A stretch of 64,000 nt of DNA, taken from the NCBI GenBank assembly GCA_963662265.2, contig CAXXHA010000010.1:311518-375517 (forward strand), written 5' to 3'. Positions 49,699-60,500 of the stretch are shown here, piece after piece. Position 1 is the first letter of the stretch. Each line of letters starts with the position of its first letter. The notes beneath the pieces are model-generated. The model made no database searches. It had not been told where the DNA came from and worked only from the letters and a program-made list of their open reading frames with translations. The position numbers were made by a program, and so were the translations under genes. The stretch is from Spirochaetia bacterium. Lineage in GTDB: Bacteria; Spirochaetota; Spirochaetia; CADAEX01.

Positions 49699-51104
49699 TG
49701 TTTTACTATTTTCCCTTCTTCAAGAATCTGTACAGCTCTCTGAAGAACAAGATCAAATTCAATATCAAAAATCGGAGGGTTATTATTTGTCTTGTTAAGT
49801 TCATTTCTTATCAGCTTCTTTATTATCCTTTCCTTGAGAACTATTTTGTCAGCAGAAAGGTCAAGTATAAAACGCTGGATATCTGATTCTCCGGGGTTTG
49901 GATTTTTCTTGACAAAATCCTGGATAAGAAATTTTTCAATTATATTTTTATAAGATTCTGATTCTTTATCTGTAAATTCATCCTCTTTAACCTCAAGGTC
50001 AGGATCTATCCCGATTTTATCGATATTAATGCCGTCCGGTGTATAATACCGGGACATGGTGAGCTTGAATCCCCCTTCTCCTATTGTCCTTACCTGCTGG
50101 ACCGATCCCTTGCCGTATGATGTTTCACCGAGAATAAATGCCCTCTTGTTGTCCTTGAGAGCGCCGGACAGGATTTCAGAAGCAGAAGCAGAGCCCTTGT
50201 CTATCAGTACAACAATCGGTAAATCTTCAGGAACCATTGTATTGGTTTCGGCGCGGTAAATCTTGTTTTCGGAAGGTATTTTTGATCTTGTACTTACAAT
50301 GACTTCATCAGACAGGAAATAGTCTGCTATATCTGTAACAGAAGAAAGAAGTCCGCCGGGATTTCCCCTCAGGTCTATTATCACAGATTTAAACCTGTTC
50401 CTTTTGAAATCCTCAAGCGCGTCCTTTACCTTGCCGGCAGTCATTGGCGTAAACTGAATAATCCTAAGGTACCCGATATTCTTATCTATCATACTGCTTC
50501 TTACTGTCGGGACAACAATATTTTCCCTGGTAACATCGAGTGAAAAAACAATATCCTCGCCTCTCAGGAAAGTAATATTGACGTCGCTTCCCGCCTCGCC
50601 TCTTAAAAGCCCCATAACCTCATCAAGAGTCATGTTTTCAGTCGATTTTCCGTCAATCTTTATTATATAGTCTCCTGCAGAGACACCAAGCCGGTATGCC
50701 GGAGTTCCCTCTATCGGTGCAACAACACGGACAAAGGGGAGATGCTCCTCATCATAGCTTGTATCGCCGTAAAACTTGCTTATATACATTCCAACTCCGC
50801 CGAACTTTCCCGTAGTTGTATCTGAAAGATCACTCATATCATTTGCAGTAAGATATACTGAATAAGGATCATCGAGACTCTCAAACATCCCTTTCATCGC
50901 ACCTTCGAAAAGTTTCTTCGGATCAACATCATCAACATAATAATTCTGGATAAATCTCATAACCTGATCAAGAACAGTTATATATTCAACACGTTCCTGA
51001 TTTACATTCTGTGCAGATACAGTTGGAGAAACAGAAAAGAATATAATTCCTATTGAGACAATAACACTAAAAAAAACCCAGTAATATTTTTCTTTTTTAA
51101 ACAT
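49695..51104 (-). CDS. ctpA: Carboxyl-terminal processing protease (S41 with PDZ)
   Basis: LDDPYS, FGGVG, DLRGNPGGLL, SASASEI, GETSYGKGSVQ. Confidence 0.92.
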   Translation of the reverse strand: MFKKEKYYWVFFSVIVSIGIIFFSVSPTVSAQNVNQERVEYITVLDQVMRFIQNYYVDDVDPKKLFEGAMKGMFESLDDPYSVYLTANDMSDLSDTTTGKFGGVGMYISKFYGDTSYDEEHLPFVRVVAPIEGTPAYRLGVSAGDYIIKIDGKSTENMTLDEVMGLLRGEAGSDVNITFLRGEDIVFSLDVTRENIVVPTVRSSMIDKNIGYLRIIQFTPMTAGKVKDALEDFKRNRFKSVIIDLRGNPGGLLSSVTDIADYFLSDEVIVSTRSKIPSENKIYRAETNTMVPEDLPIVVLIDKGSASASEILSGALKDNKRAFILGETSYGKGSVQQVRTIGEGGFKLTMSRYYTPDGINIDKIGIDPDLEVKEDEFTDKESESYKNIIEKFLIQDFVKKNPNPGESDIQRFILDLSADKIVLKERIIKKLIRNELNKTNNNPPIFDIEFDLVLQRAVQILEEGKIVKQ

Positions 51105-51300
51105 AGTTCCCCCTGTATATAAAATATTCTATTGCAGGCTTGTATTTGTCAAGAATATTAAAATATCTGAAAATAAACGGTTTTAAAATATTTTTTAACA
51201 CTATCTATTTTTTATCATATATAGCAATCTTTTCAAATACAGTTTTTTTAATGAAAAGCTTATTGACCTGCTGTTTTATGACCCGTAAACTACTATTTAA

Positions 51301-51678
51301 ATGAAAAAACTATTTATCACAGGGATAATCTGGGAAATTGTCAGATTCACAACTCTTTTTCTGACAACTGCATCAAAAATAAATGGAGATCTGATACTTT
51401 TTTTCACATCTCAGCAGTTTATTTTGTTTTACATCTATTATTTTCTTATTCACGATACAGAAAAATACTGTCAGTATATGAAAATACTTGCAGCTGCTAA
51501 ATTCCTGAGCCTTTTTACCGGCATTTTATATATTGTAAAACTGTTTATAAAAAGCACTTTTTCTGTGGCAGATATTCTGTATCCTGCAAACATAGTTTTT
51601 ATAGATGGATTGTTTTTTATTGTGCTTATATATGTTGTTATAAGATACTTTAAAAAAGTACAGGAATCAGAGGAATAA
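51301..51678 (+). CDS. Hypothetical membrane protein
   Basis: 125-aa hydrophobic ORF ending 3 bp before the next gene. Confidence 0.55.
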   Translation: MKKLFITGIIWEIVRFTTLFLTTASKINGDLILFFTSQQFILFYIYYFLIHDTEKYCQYMKILAAAKFLSLFTGILYIVKLFIKSTFSVADILYPANIVFIDGLFFIVLIYVVIRYFKKVQESEE

Positions 51679-51681
51679 ACA

Positions 51682-52821
51682 ATGCAGGTAATACCAATAG
51701 CAAGCGGAAAAGGGGGAGTCGGAAAGACTCTTGTTGCGGCAAATCTGGCAATAGCCCTGGGAAAATCAGGAAAAAGAGTAGTACTGGCTGACCTTGACCT
51801 GGGAGGATCAAATCTCCACCTGGTTCTTGGAACAACCGGTCTTAACGCGGGGATAGGGAATTATATAAATACCCCTGATATTGATTTTGAATCTATTGTC
51901 TATGAAACAGATTATAAAAATGTCAGATTTATACCGGGCGATTCAGAAATTCCGGGTATGGCAAACCTGAAAGCTTCCCAGAAAAAAACGCTTATCAAAA
52001 AGCTGTTCTCTCTTGACTGCGACTACCTTATTGTCGACCTGGGAGCAGGGACAAACTACAACACAATTGATTTTTTTCTCGCATCGGGACAGGGGATTAT
52101 AGTAACAACTCCGGCCCTTACTGCAACGCTTAATGCATATGTATTTATAAAACATTCAATATTCAGGATCATGGATACCTCTTTCAGAAGAAAAACTGTG
52201 GCAAGAGGCTATATTGACAGACTAAAAGAGGACAGCAGTCTTATCCAGAAAATATATATACCTAAAATTCTTGAAAACATAAAAAGGGAAGACCCTGAAA
52301 GCTATAACAGGTTTGAGGCAAAAATAAGGAATTTCTCACCTCTGCTTATACTAAATATGGTTGAGGATCCCAGGCAGTCTGCAATTGCGGGGAAACTGAG
52401 AAGATCCTGCAGGGAATACCTCGGACTAGACCTTGAACACCTTGGTGTAATTTACAGGGATGAACTTCAGAATATTGCGCTCAATTCAAGACTCCCTATA
52501 GTAAGCTATAAACCAAGATCTGTGCTTTCCCAGGCAGTTTTCAGGATAGCAGATAAACTTCAGATTGATTTCAGGGCTGAAACAAGTGCTGATGAAGATT
52601 ATTTTGATGAAACATACCTGAATGCGGAAATAGAGGCTCAGAATGACTTCAGTACAAAAATGCAGTCAATGGAGGAGCTTCTGCACAGCGGAACTCTGAA
52701 TTCATCCGATATGATAGATATTATCAAGAGCCAGCAGATTGAAATCACAGAATTAAAAAAGGAAAACAACCTTTTAAAAAACAAACTTGTTAAAGCATCT
52801 GAACAGGGATACAGGATTTAA
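51682..52821 (+). CDS. MinD/FlhG-like P-loop ATPase with C-terminal extension
   Basis: ASGKGGVGKT deviant Walker A, DLDLGG.NL, IVDLGAG. Confidence 0.85.
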   Translation: MQVIPIASGKGGVGKTLVAANLAIALGKSGKRVVLADLDLGGSNLHLVLGTTGLNAGIGNYINTPDIDFESIVYETDYKNVRFIPGDSEIPGMANLKASQKKTLIKKLFSLDCDYLIVDLGAGTNYNTIDFFLASGQGIIVTTPALTATLNAYVFIKHSIFRIMDTSFRRKTVARGYIDRLKEDSSLIQKIYIPKILENIKREDPESYNRFEAKIRNFSPLLILNMVEDPRQSAIAGKLRRSCREYLGLDLEHLGVIYRDELQNIALNSRLPIVSYKPRSVLSQAVFRIADKLQIDFRAETSADEDYFDETYLNAEIEAQNDFSTKMQSMEELLHSGTLNSSDMIDIIKSQQIEITELKKENNLLKNKLVKASEQGYRI

Positions 52822-52926
52822 TTACATCAGATTCAGTCAGAAATTCCCAGCAGTAAGCGGTTCTTCTGTTTGAATCTGGTTTTTTATTATTCTGTTTATA
52901 CCATGTGAATCAGCGGGAGAAAGCAA

Positions 52927-53940
52927 ATGCAGTTATTCATAAACTACCCTTCATGGATTAAACCGGAAATAATACCCGGATTTCCGGTAAGATGGTACGG
53001 CCTTATGTACCTGATAGCCTTTGTTATCGGGTACATACTATTTAAAAAGCAGGTAGCAGAACGGAAACTTGAAATCAGCGATGATGATATATCCAACCTC
53101 TTTTTCTGGATAATACTGGGAATTCTCCTGGGAGGAAGAATTTTTTCAACACTTGTATATGATACAACAGGAAAGTACTGGGCAAACCCGCTGCTTATCT
53201 TCTGGCCTTTTGACAGCAACTTCAAGTTTACAGGGCTGCAGGGAATGTCATATCACGGGGGACTTCTCGGAGGCATAACCGCAATGATAATTTACTGCAG
53301 GAAAAAGCATCTTCCGGTTGTTGTTACAGGAGATATGCTGGCAGTATCTATCCCGCTCGGTTATACATTCGGAAGGCTTGGAAATTTCATAAACGGGGAA
53401 CTTTACGGAAGGGTTACTTCGGCAGACTGGGGTATGATTTTTCCCTATGCAAGAAAATTCCCTGTATCAAGCGGCTGGGTTGTGGAAATTGCAGAGAAAG
53501 CAGGGATAGACCTTGCAGCGGCAGGAAACTATGTAAATTTGCCCCGCCATCCGAGCCAGCTTTACGAGGCGTTTTTTGAAGGAATTTTTCTCTGGGCTGT
53601 AATGTGGTTTATATTAAGAATGAGAAAACATGCCCCAGGGGAGTTAATGGGTTCATATGTACTCGGATACGGAGTAATCCGCTTCTTCATTGAATACTTC
53701 AGGGAACCGGATGCAGATATCGGCTTTATTCTAGAACTGTCAGGAAAAAACAATCCAATCCACACTTTGAACTCTTTTTTCAACTTTTCAATGGGACAGC
53801 TTCTCTGCTTTCTGATGATTCTGACAGGAGCAGCTGTTATCGCTGTATTCAGAAAAATAGAGCTTGCTAAAACCGAAGCAGAAGGTAACAAGCTTCAGAA
53901 AGACAGTCAGCTAAAAAAGAAGAAGAAAAAAAGACATTAA
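52927..53940 (+). CDS. lgt: Prolipoprotein diacylglyceryl transferase
   Basis: RWYGLMY, GMSYHGG, GRLGNFINGELYGR, RHPSQLYE, RFFIEYFREPD. Confidence 0.95.
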   Translation: MQLFINYPSWIKPEIIPGFPVRWYGLMYLIAFVIGYILFKKQVAERKLEISDDDISNLFFWIILGILLGGRIFSTLVYDTTGKYWANPLLIFWPFDSNFKFTGLQGMSYHGGLLGGITAMIIYCRKKHLPVVVTGDMLAVSIPLGYTFGRLGNFINGELYGRVTSADWGMIFPYARKFPVSSGWVVEIAEKAGIDLAAAGNYVNLPRHPSQLYEAFFEGIFLWAVMWFILRMRKHAPGELMGSYVLGYGVIRFFIEYFREPDADIGFILELSGKNNPIHTLNSFFNFSMGQLLCFLMILTGAAVIAVFRKIELAKTEAEGNKLQKDSQLKKKKKKRH

Positions 53941-54027
53941 AATCACAAAAAAATAATCAGTTCTTCTGTTCCGTTTGCATCACGACTTTTTTTAACTTAG
54001 AATTTAACCTGTAAAAGGGAAATCAAT

Positions 54028-56454
54028 ATGGTGCAGAAGTTTCAGAAGAATAAAGAACAGGAAAATGACTACCGGGAATATATAAAATCTGTTCTCTGCT
54101 GTGAAAATGAAGATGAAAAAATATGCAGGGAAATATTATCCCATAAAAAATTCATGGACAGCCAGATGCACAGAGATGTTGATATTGATGTTGCAATACT
54201 CGACTATATCACAAGCATAAATAAGGATATCCAGATTCCGTCTGTCTTTGACAGCCTGAACATCAGAAAACTTTATCATCCTTCCAGAAACCACTACAAA
54301 AAACTAAAGCCCTTCGATACATCAGATCTGTCAAGAGATTTAAATACAGAAATTGAAAGGGCGCACCGCTACGGCTCACAGCTCTCTGTTCTGATGTTTG
54401 ACCTTGATGAAAGCATTGATCCTGATCCCGATTCAGATGATATTTCAGAATTCTTTTTTTCAAATATAAGCCGCCATGTCCGCCGCACAGATACAGTATA
54501 TTCATATGAAAAAAACCACTATGTTCTTATACTTAGTGAAACAAATATAAACGATGCAGTTAACACTGCATTTAACCTTCAGAACTGGTTTCAAAATGAG
54601 AAGTTTAAAAAATCCTCTCCAAAAATGATAAATATCGGAATAGCAGCATACGGAATGCATGGAATTGATTCAGACCACAAACTCATTTCAGCTGCAGATA
54701 AATCTCTGTGTAAAGCCAAAGAATCGGGCGGCGGCAGGATTTGCCTCTATCAGGACAGGAAAATTTTTGATATTGAAAAACCGAAGAACAGCTGTATAAA
54801 CATACAGAAAACCTCTGAAAGGCTCAGCTTCAAGGGTCTCCCGATTCATAAGGGAATGGCTGCCGGTAAAATATTCATCTACAACGACCTGCTCTCACAT
54901 GAACACGAATCATACGATATAAGTGAGGAAAACCTGGAAAAGGAGCTCTCAAGAATCATAACTGCAATAGAAAATGTTGAAAAAGATCTTTCCGATGTCG
55001 AGCACCTGGTAAACAGGGACCTGAGCGAAGAATATGCTGCAATTTTCCAGGCGCACCGCCTTATTCTGAAGGACAGCCAGCTGTTCAATGAAATTAAAAA
55101 AGATTTGTATGAGAAAAAAATAAACGGTGAGAAAATTGTAAGGGATGTATTCAAGAGATGGGAAAAGAGATTCCTTGCATTCGATGATGAAATATTCAGA
55201 AACAAGTCACAGGATATTGCAGATATCTCTTCCAGGAGAATCAAAGAGCTTACAGGGATAGACAGTCATATACTGGAAGAAGCTCCGGAAGATTCAATTA
55301 TATTTGCAAACCGCCTTCTCCCGTCAGATACAGTCAATATAAATAAAAACAACGTCAAGGCAATTGTAACTAAAGAGGGGGGTAAATTCTCACATACAGC
55401 AATTCTCTCAAAAGCAATGAATATTCCTCTTGTCATCATTGAAAACCTTGACCTGAGCAGCCTTCACAGAGAGGAAACAGTTATTGTTAACGGGGAAACA
55501 GGAGATGTTGTTATAAATCCGGACCAGGAGGAAATGGAAAGCGCGGAAAAGCAGCTTGAAGAAACAACAGGCAGGGAAAGCTTATCCGGAATAATGCAGA
55601 AATCAGAAAAGATCTATTACAGGGGAGAAGAAGTCTTTATAAGCGCGGCAGCATCAAGTCCTGATGAAACCGAGGAGGCTTTATTGTATGATGCATACGG
55701 TATAGGGCTTTTCAGAATGGAGGTTCTTTATCTTTCGCAATATACATTACCGGAAGAAAAGCTTCTTGTCAGTGAGATAGAAAAAACAATAAAAAAGTTT
55801 AAAAGACGGGAATCTGTTATCAGGCTCACAGATATAGGCGGAGATAAAACTCTTCCATACATAAACATTACAGAAAGGTATAATTCCAACCTTGGTGTAA
55901 GAGGGGTTCGCCTCCTGCGCAGCTATCCCGCCATTCTGGAAACTCAGCTTCGCTCATTGATTAAAATCGGGCAGAAATATGATATAAAAATAATGGTTCC
56001 CATGGTTACGCTTCCGGAGGACATGGTTTTTATCAAAGAAATGATTTTAAAACTCAAAAAAGCGATGAAAAAAGAAAAAGACATACCAATCGGTGCAATG
56101 ATAGAAACACCTTCTTCAGTAATTACCATTGATGAGATCCTGGAACTGAGTGATTTCGTTAGTATAGGATCAAATGACCTTATCCAGTACACAATGGCGG
56201 CAGACAGGGAAAAACTCTCAGTCAGCAAATATTATGAAAAAGGCAATGTTGTTGTTCAGGAATTCATAAGAAAAGTCATTGAAAAGGCTGCTTCCAAAAA
56301 CATTCCGGCATATCTCTGCGGAGAACTTGCCCAGAATACAGATTTCACAAAAAGCCTGCTTGATTTAGGATGCAGAATATTTACAGTAGCCCCGGTCATG
56401 ATTCCGGCAGTAAGAAACGCAGTTATAAAGGCATCTGAACAGGAAGAAGCCTGA
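54028..56454 (+). CDS. Fusion of a degenerate GGDEF domain to PTS Enzyme I (PEP-protein phosphotransferase)
   Basis: EIERAHRY...LSVLMFDLD, RRTD, ADKSLCKAKESG (GGDEF fold); EI motifs SHTAI, GIGLFRME, DIGGDK, MIETP, SIGSNDL, LCGELA. Confidence 0.85.
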   Translation: MVQKFQKNKEQENDYREYIKSVLCCENEDEKICREILSHKKFMDSQMHRDVDIDVAILDYITSINKDIQIPSVFDSLNIRKLYHPSRNHYKKLKPFDTSDLSRDLNTEIERAHRYGSQLSVLMFDLDESIDPDPDSDDISEFFFSNISRHVRRTDTVYSYEKNHYVLILSETNINDAVNTAFNLQNWFQNEKFKKSSPKMINIGIAAYGMHGIDSDHKLISAADKSLCKAKESGGGRICLYQDRKIFDIEKPKNSCINIQKTSERLSFKGLPIHKGMAAGKIFIYNDLLSHEHESYDISEENLEKELSRIITAIENVEKDLSDVEHLVNRDLSEEYAAIFQAHRLILKDSQLFNEIKKDLYEKKINGEKIVRDVFKRWEKRFLAFDDEIFRNKSQDIADISSRRIKELTGIDSHILEEAPEDSIIFANRLLPSDTVNINKNNVKAIVTKEGGKFSHTAILSKAMNIPLVIIENLDLSSLHREETVIVNGETGDVVINPDQEEMESAEKQLEETTGRESLSGIMQKSEKIYYRGEEVFISAAASSPDETEEALLYDAYGIGLFRMEVLYLSQYTLPEEKLLVSEIEKTIKKFKRRESVIRLTDIGGDKTLPYINITERYNSNLGVRGVRLLRSYPAILETQLRSLIKIGQKYDIKIMVPMVTLPEDMVFIKEMILKLKKAMKKEKDIPIGAMIETPSSVITIDEILELSDFVSIGSNDLIQYTMAADREKLSVSKYYEKGNVVVQEFIRKVIEKAASKNIPAYLCGELAQNTDFTKSLLDLGCRIFTVAPVMIPAVRNAVIKASEQEEA

Positions 56455-56586
56455 ATCAGAATTTACAGTTTTTAGTGAAACTGTTTCTCCGGAAATTAAA
56501 TCACATGTTTCAAGCAAAAAAAATCCCTGCCGCCGGCAACAAGCAAACACACTGCCGTGACAGGGATTATATTATAATTTATCAGA

Positions 56587-57039
56587 TTACATCAGAACAA
56601 TATTATTGTTTTTGCAGTCTTCCCTTACGTTATCAGGCCAGAGACTTGCCTGAACTTCGCCGATATGCACTTTTCTGAGGAAAAACATGCAGAGCCTTGA
56701 CTGGCCGATACCGCCGCCGATAGAGTAGGGCAGTTCACAGTTTAAGAGCCTCTTGTGAAACATGAGTTCTTTTCTGTCTTCAAGGTTTCTTATTTTAAGC
56801 TGCTTCTCTAGAGCTGTCTCATCAACCCTGATCCCCATTGAAGATATTTCAAAACATCTTTCGAGAACAGGGTTCCATACAATAATATCACCGTTAAGAC
56901 CGTTGTATCCGTCACTGTTTGGTGTACTCCAGTCATCATAGTCAGGAGCTCTTCCGTCATGTATTTTACCGTCTGAAAGCTCTCCCCCGATTCCTATGAT
57001 AAAAACAGCCCCGTATTCCTTTGCCGCAAAAGATTCCCG
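56587..57039 (-). pseudogene. asnA: Aspartate-ammonia ligase, 3' part only (cut at the chimeric junction)
   Basis: [33 protein letters not shown]...[14 protein letters not shown]...[10 protein letters not shown]; the N-terminal half is replaced by unrelated sequence. Confidence 0.9.
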
Positions 57040-58033
57040 TACGAAAACGTGGGTCGGTGATCGCTTTCTGCAGCAGTTCTACTGCACGTTGAGACTTCTG
57101 CTTGTAGTAGGGCTTAATCACATCCGAACTCAGTCTAAGCAGGTCGCCATTACCAATGATATGGTTCGCCAGCGCTGGACCAACACTGCCTGGCGCTAAG
57201 CTAATAATGCCATTCATATTGGTCAAAGCCTGGGTAATCGCTTCATTAGCGATCACAATACCGCAGCGTACGCCCGGTAATCCCAGTTTGGATAAGCTCA
57301 TACACAGAATCGTATTGTCATTCCAGAAAGGTTCAACGTCTTCAAAAATGATGTTCGGGAATGGCAAACCGTAAGCGTTATCGATGATTAGCGGGATGTT
57401 GTTTTCACGCGCGAGCTTGTCTAGTTTACGGATTTCTTGATCCGTGAGTACGTTACCTGTTGGGTTGGTTGGGCGAGATGCACAGATAGCAGCGACGGAG
57501 TCATCGACTTTTAGCTTTTCAAAATCAACGTGGTATTTAAACAGGCCATTATCAAGTAATTCGATTTCCGGGTGGTACGAGACGAAGATGTCTTCATCAA
57601 TCCCCGCATCGCCATAACCAATATACTCTGGCGCGATCGGTAACAGCACTTTTTTGTGTGAACCGTCCGGCTGTTGCCCGGCGAGTAAATTAAATAGGTA
57701 GAAGAAACCGCTTTGGCTACCATTAGTCAGACTGATGTTTTTCTCACTGATGTTCCAACCGTAGGTTTCACGGAACAGCTTAGCCAATGCTTTAACAAAC
57801 GCATCTTTGCCTTGTGGACCATCATAGTTAGTCAGTGCGGCGATGAGTTCTCCGCTGGCGAGCATTTCCTCACTGGCTTGGTGAAAGTAATCGAGCATGG
57901 CAGGAATGGCGGCGGGATTTCCTCCACCGAGCATGATGGCACCTGGTGTGCGCAGACCATCATTTAAATCATCCATTAACTGCGTGATACCTGAATACTG
58001 ATTAAATTTTTCACCAAACTTTGAGTACTGCAT
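57040..58033 (-). pseudogene. avtA: Valine-pyruvate aminotransferase, C-terminally truncated at the junction (Vibrio-type)
   Basis: SGITQLMDDL, LGGGNPA, SRPTNPTGN, DNAYG, SLSKLGLPG.R.G; similarity ends at AITDPRFR. Confidence 0.9.
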
Positions 58034-58259
58034 GTTTACTTATACCTAATTCATTGTGATTGCTTTGTGTAATATTGCTGACTGAGCTTCAGCTTATAGT
58101 GTAATACTTGACCTTACCCTAATGTTATTACGACGCAAAGTGTGAATTCACTCGAAGAAGAAAAAAGTGTCTGTTCAGACCAGATGAATGGATTATAAAG
58201 TGAAAAGAGGATTAAAAAGGGAAGCCTACGCTTCCCTTGCTGGTGGAGAGATAGATGTG

Positions 58260-60344
58260 CTATTCACCAGTGTAGACAATAAGTACTTTGTCATCCTGAT
58301 ACTGACGCTCGAATGCGTAGTACCCTTCCTGATTACGGGTAATGTGCTGACCTTGAGCAACAGCAGGGTGACGTTTACGGAACTCGCCCAGTTTTTGCCA
58401 GTGCTGCAGTAAGTCTTCACGCTCGCCATGAATCTTATCCCATGGCATGTCGGAGCGGGTTCCCTGGTGAGTATCGGATCCAGTATGACCAAAGTCTCGG
58501 GCTATTTCGTCGCCGTAATAGATCTGAACCGCACCCGGAGCCAACATTAACGCATTTGCGGCGCGTGCCTGATCATCAAAGCTGCGACTACGGGCAGACC
58601 AGAACAGTTGCGTGTCATGAGAAGAAAGGTAACTCAACACGTTGAACTCTGGGTCCTTATTGATTTGCTCTGCATAGCGTCGGTAATCACTGTCGAGGTT
58701 GGCAAAGCATTTCAGCGCTTTTGGTGCGACATCTGACTGGAATTCGAAATTGATAATTGAATCGAATCCGTTATCAAAGTACGGGCTTTTCACCACACTG
58801 TGCGCCCAGACTTCGCCCGTCATCCAAAACGGCGAATCATCCAGTGCTTTGTCAGGATGGTTTTGCTTCCACTCTGCCAGCGCTTGTGTGGTGCTGGTTT
58901 TGAGTTCTGACCACGCTTCCATTTCTACGTGCTTCGCGGTATCGACACGGAAGCCATCAATGCCATATTCACGAACCCAATCGGATAACCAGGTGATCAG
59001 ATGTTCGCGCGGTGTCTTTTGTTCATCACGTGCAGCAGTGTCTTTGTTGTGGAAGAAGTTTGGCAAGCCGGTTTTCTCTGTTGATCCGGTTTTCAGGTCC
59101 GGTAAGTAGTTCAGAGACATGCTGATATCGTTGTACCCCGGCGCATCGTAATTGCCGATGTCGGTTCGAATCCAGTCTTTACCCCACCATTTTTCCCATG
59201 CTTCACCGTCACCATATTTGATGTAATCGTTGAAGCTGTGCCAACTCTGGCCTGATTTTGGTTGCCAGTCGGTCCATTTTTCACCCAGCACTTGTTGCGC
59301 TTCTTGGTCATCAAGGTAAAGCTGACCAAAGCCAAACTCCTGCATATCGGCCAGTGTTGCGTAGCCAGTGTGATTCATTACGACATCCCAAATGATACGG
59401 ATACCTTTGTTGTGTGCGGTATCGATGAAGGTTCGCAGCTCATCTTCGGTGCCCATATTGGCATCGAGCTTGGTCCAATCTTGATGGTAGTAACCATGAT
59501 AGCCGTAGTGTTTGAAATCGCCTTTGTCGCCGCCGCCAACCCAGCCGTGAATTTGCTCTAGCGGTGACGTAATCCAGATGGCGTTAACACCGAGAGAGTC
59601 AATGTAATCGAGTTTTTTGGTCAGACCCGCTAAGTCGCCACCGTGGAAGGTGCCGATTTCGTATTTACCGTCTTTGCTGCGGCCATAGCTGTTGTCGTTG
59701 TCTGGATTCCCATTGTAAAAACGGTCGGTCATGACGAAATAAACCGTGGCGTTATCCCAACTGAATGGTTTATTCGCCTGTTGTTCAACCTCCTCTAGCA
59801 GTAGCAGCCCCTGACTCATTGGGCCTGGCTGAAGGGTGACTGCACCATTGGTTACGGTTGTCTCTTGCCCAGTCAGAGCATCTCGAACCAAGGTGCCATC
59901 ACTAAAGGTTTCCGCGACATTGATGGTTTTAGCTGTGTCACTTGCGACAGGGCAAGTGAAGCTGGTTACCTGAGACTGTTTTGGTTTGATCTTAACCGTC
60001 AGCTCATTGGTTGTTGGGTTGAGCGTAAACTGGTAGGTATTGGCTTTGAAAATGCGCAGCGGCATAGTGGCATCCGTTGCACAGTTATCCATTTTTAATG
60101 GTGTATTAAATTTGATGCGGTTTTCTTCTGCCAGAGCGAAGCGACTGCCACAGCTTTGTTTGCTGTCGGCAATCGTGAAAGTGTAATTGCCTTTATCCAG
60201 TTTTTGTTCTGCGACGAGTAACCCCTGATCGTTTTGTTCGAACATGGCTTTGTCATCACCGACGCTTAATATAATGGCATTTTCTGGAATTTGGCTGCAG
60301 GCACTAAGTAGACCAATAGAGAGTGCGAGAATTGTTTTTTTCAT
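58260..60344 (-). CDS. Lipoprotein alpha-amylase (GH13, MalS-like)
   Basis: LSAC lipobox, YFVMTDRF.NG, GGDLAG, DVVMNH, GFRVDTAKH, GEVW, SSHD. Confidence 0.9.
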   Translation of the reverse strand: MKKTILALSIGLLSACSQIPENAIILSVGDDKAMFEQNDQGLLVAEQKLDKGNYTFTIADSKQSCGSRFALAEENRIKFNTPLKMDNCATDATMPLRIFKANTYQFTLNPTTNELTVKIKPKQSQVTSFTCPVASDTAKTINVAETFSDGTLVRDALTGQETTVTNGAVTLQPGPMSQGLLLLEEVEQQANKPFSWDNATVYFVMTDRFYNGNPDNDNSYGRSKDGKYEIGTFHGGDLAGLTKKLDYIDSLGVNAIWITSPLEQIHGWVGGGDKGDFKHYGYHGYYHQDWTKLDANMGTEDELRTFIDTAHNKGIRIIWDVVMNHTGYATLADMQEFGFGQLYLDDQEAQQVLGEKWTDWQPKSGQSWHSFNDYIKYGDGEAWEKWWGKDWIRTDIGNYDAPGYNDISMSLNYLPDLKTGSTEKTGLPNFFHNKDTAARDEQKTPREHLITWLSDWVREYGIDGFRVDTAKHVEMEAWSELKTSTTQALAEWKQNHPDKALDDSPFWMTGEVWAHSVVKSPYFDNGFDSIINFEFQSDVAPKALKCFANLDSDYRRYAEQINKDPEFNVLSYLSSHDTQLFWSARSRSFDDQARAANALMLAPGAVQIYYGDEIARDFGHTGSDTHQGTRSDMPWDKIHGEREDLLQHWQKLGEFRKRHPAVAQGQHITRNQEGYYAFERQYQDDKVLIVYTGE

Positions 60345-60500
60345 TGTGTCCTTCCCCCGAATAAACAGATCTTTTATAACAAAAAGAAGCCTCTACAATC
60401 CGAGCGGTGCACCAACAAGTTAAACCTCTCTCACCCTACAAATTTTTGTCTTGTTCACAAAATGAGTAATAATTCCCGCTAATCTCATCTTTTGGCCAAC

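Noticed and set aside
56966-58033. 355-aa ORF as an AvtA with a novel C-terminus or an AvtA-AsnA fusion
   Set aside because: The last ~24 residues are an out-of-frame reading of asnA past the junction.
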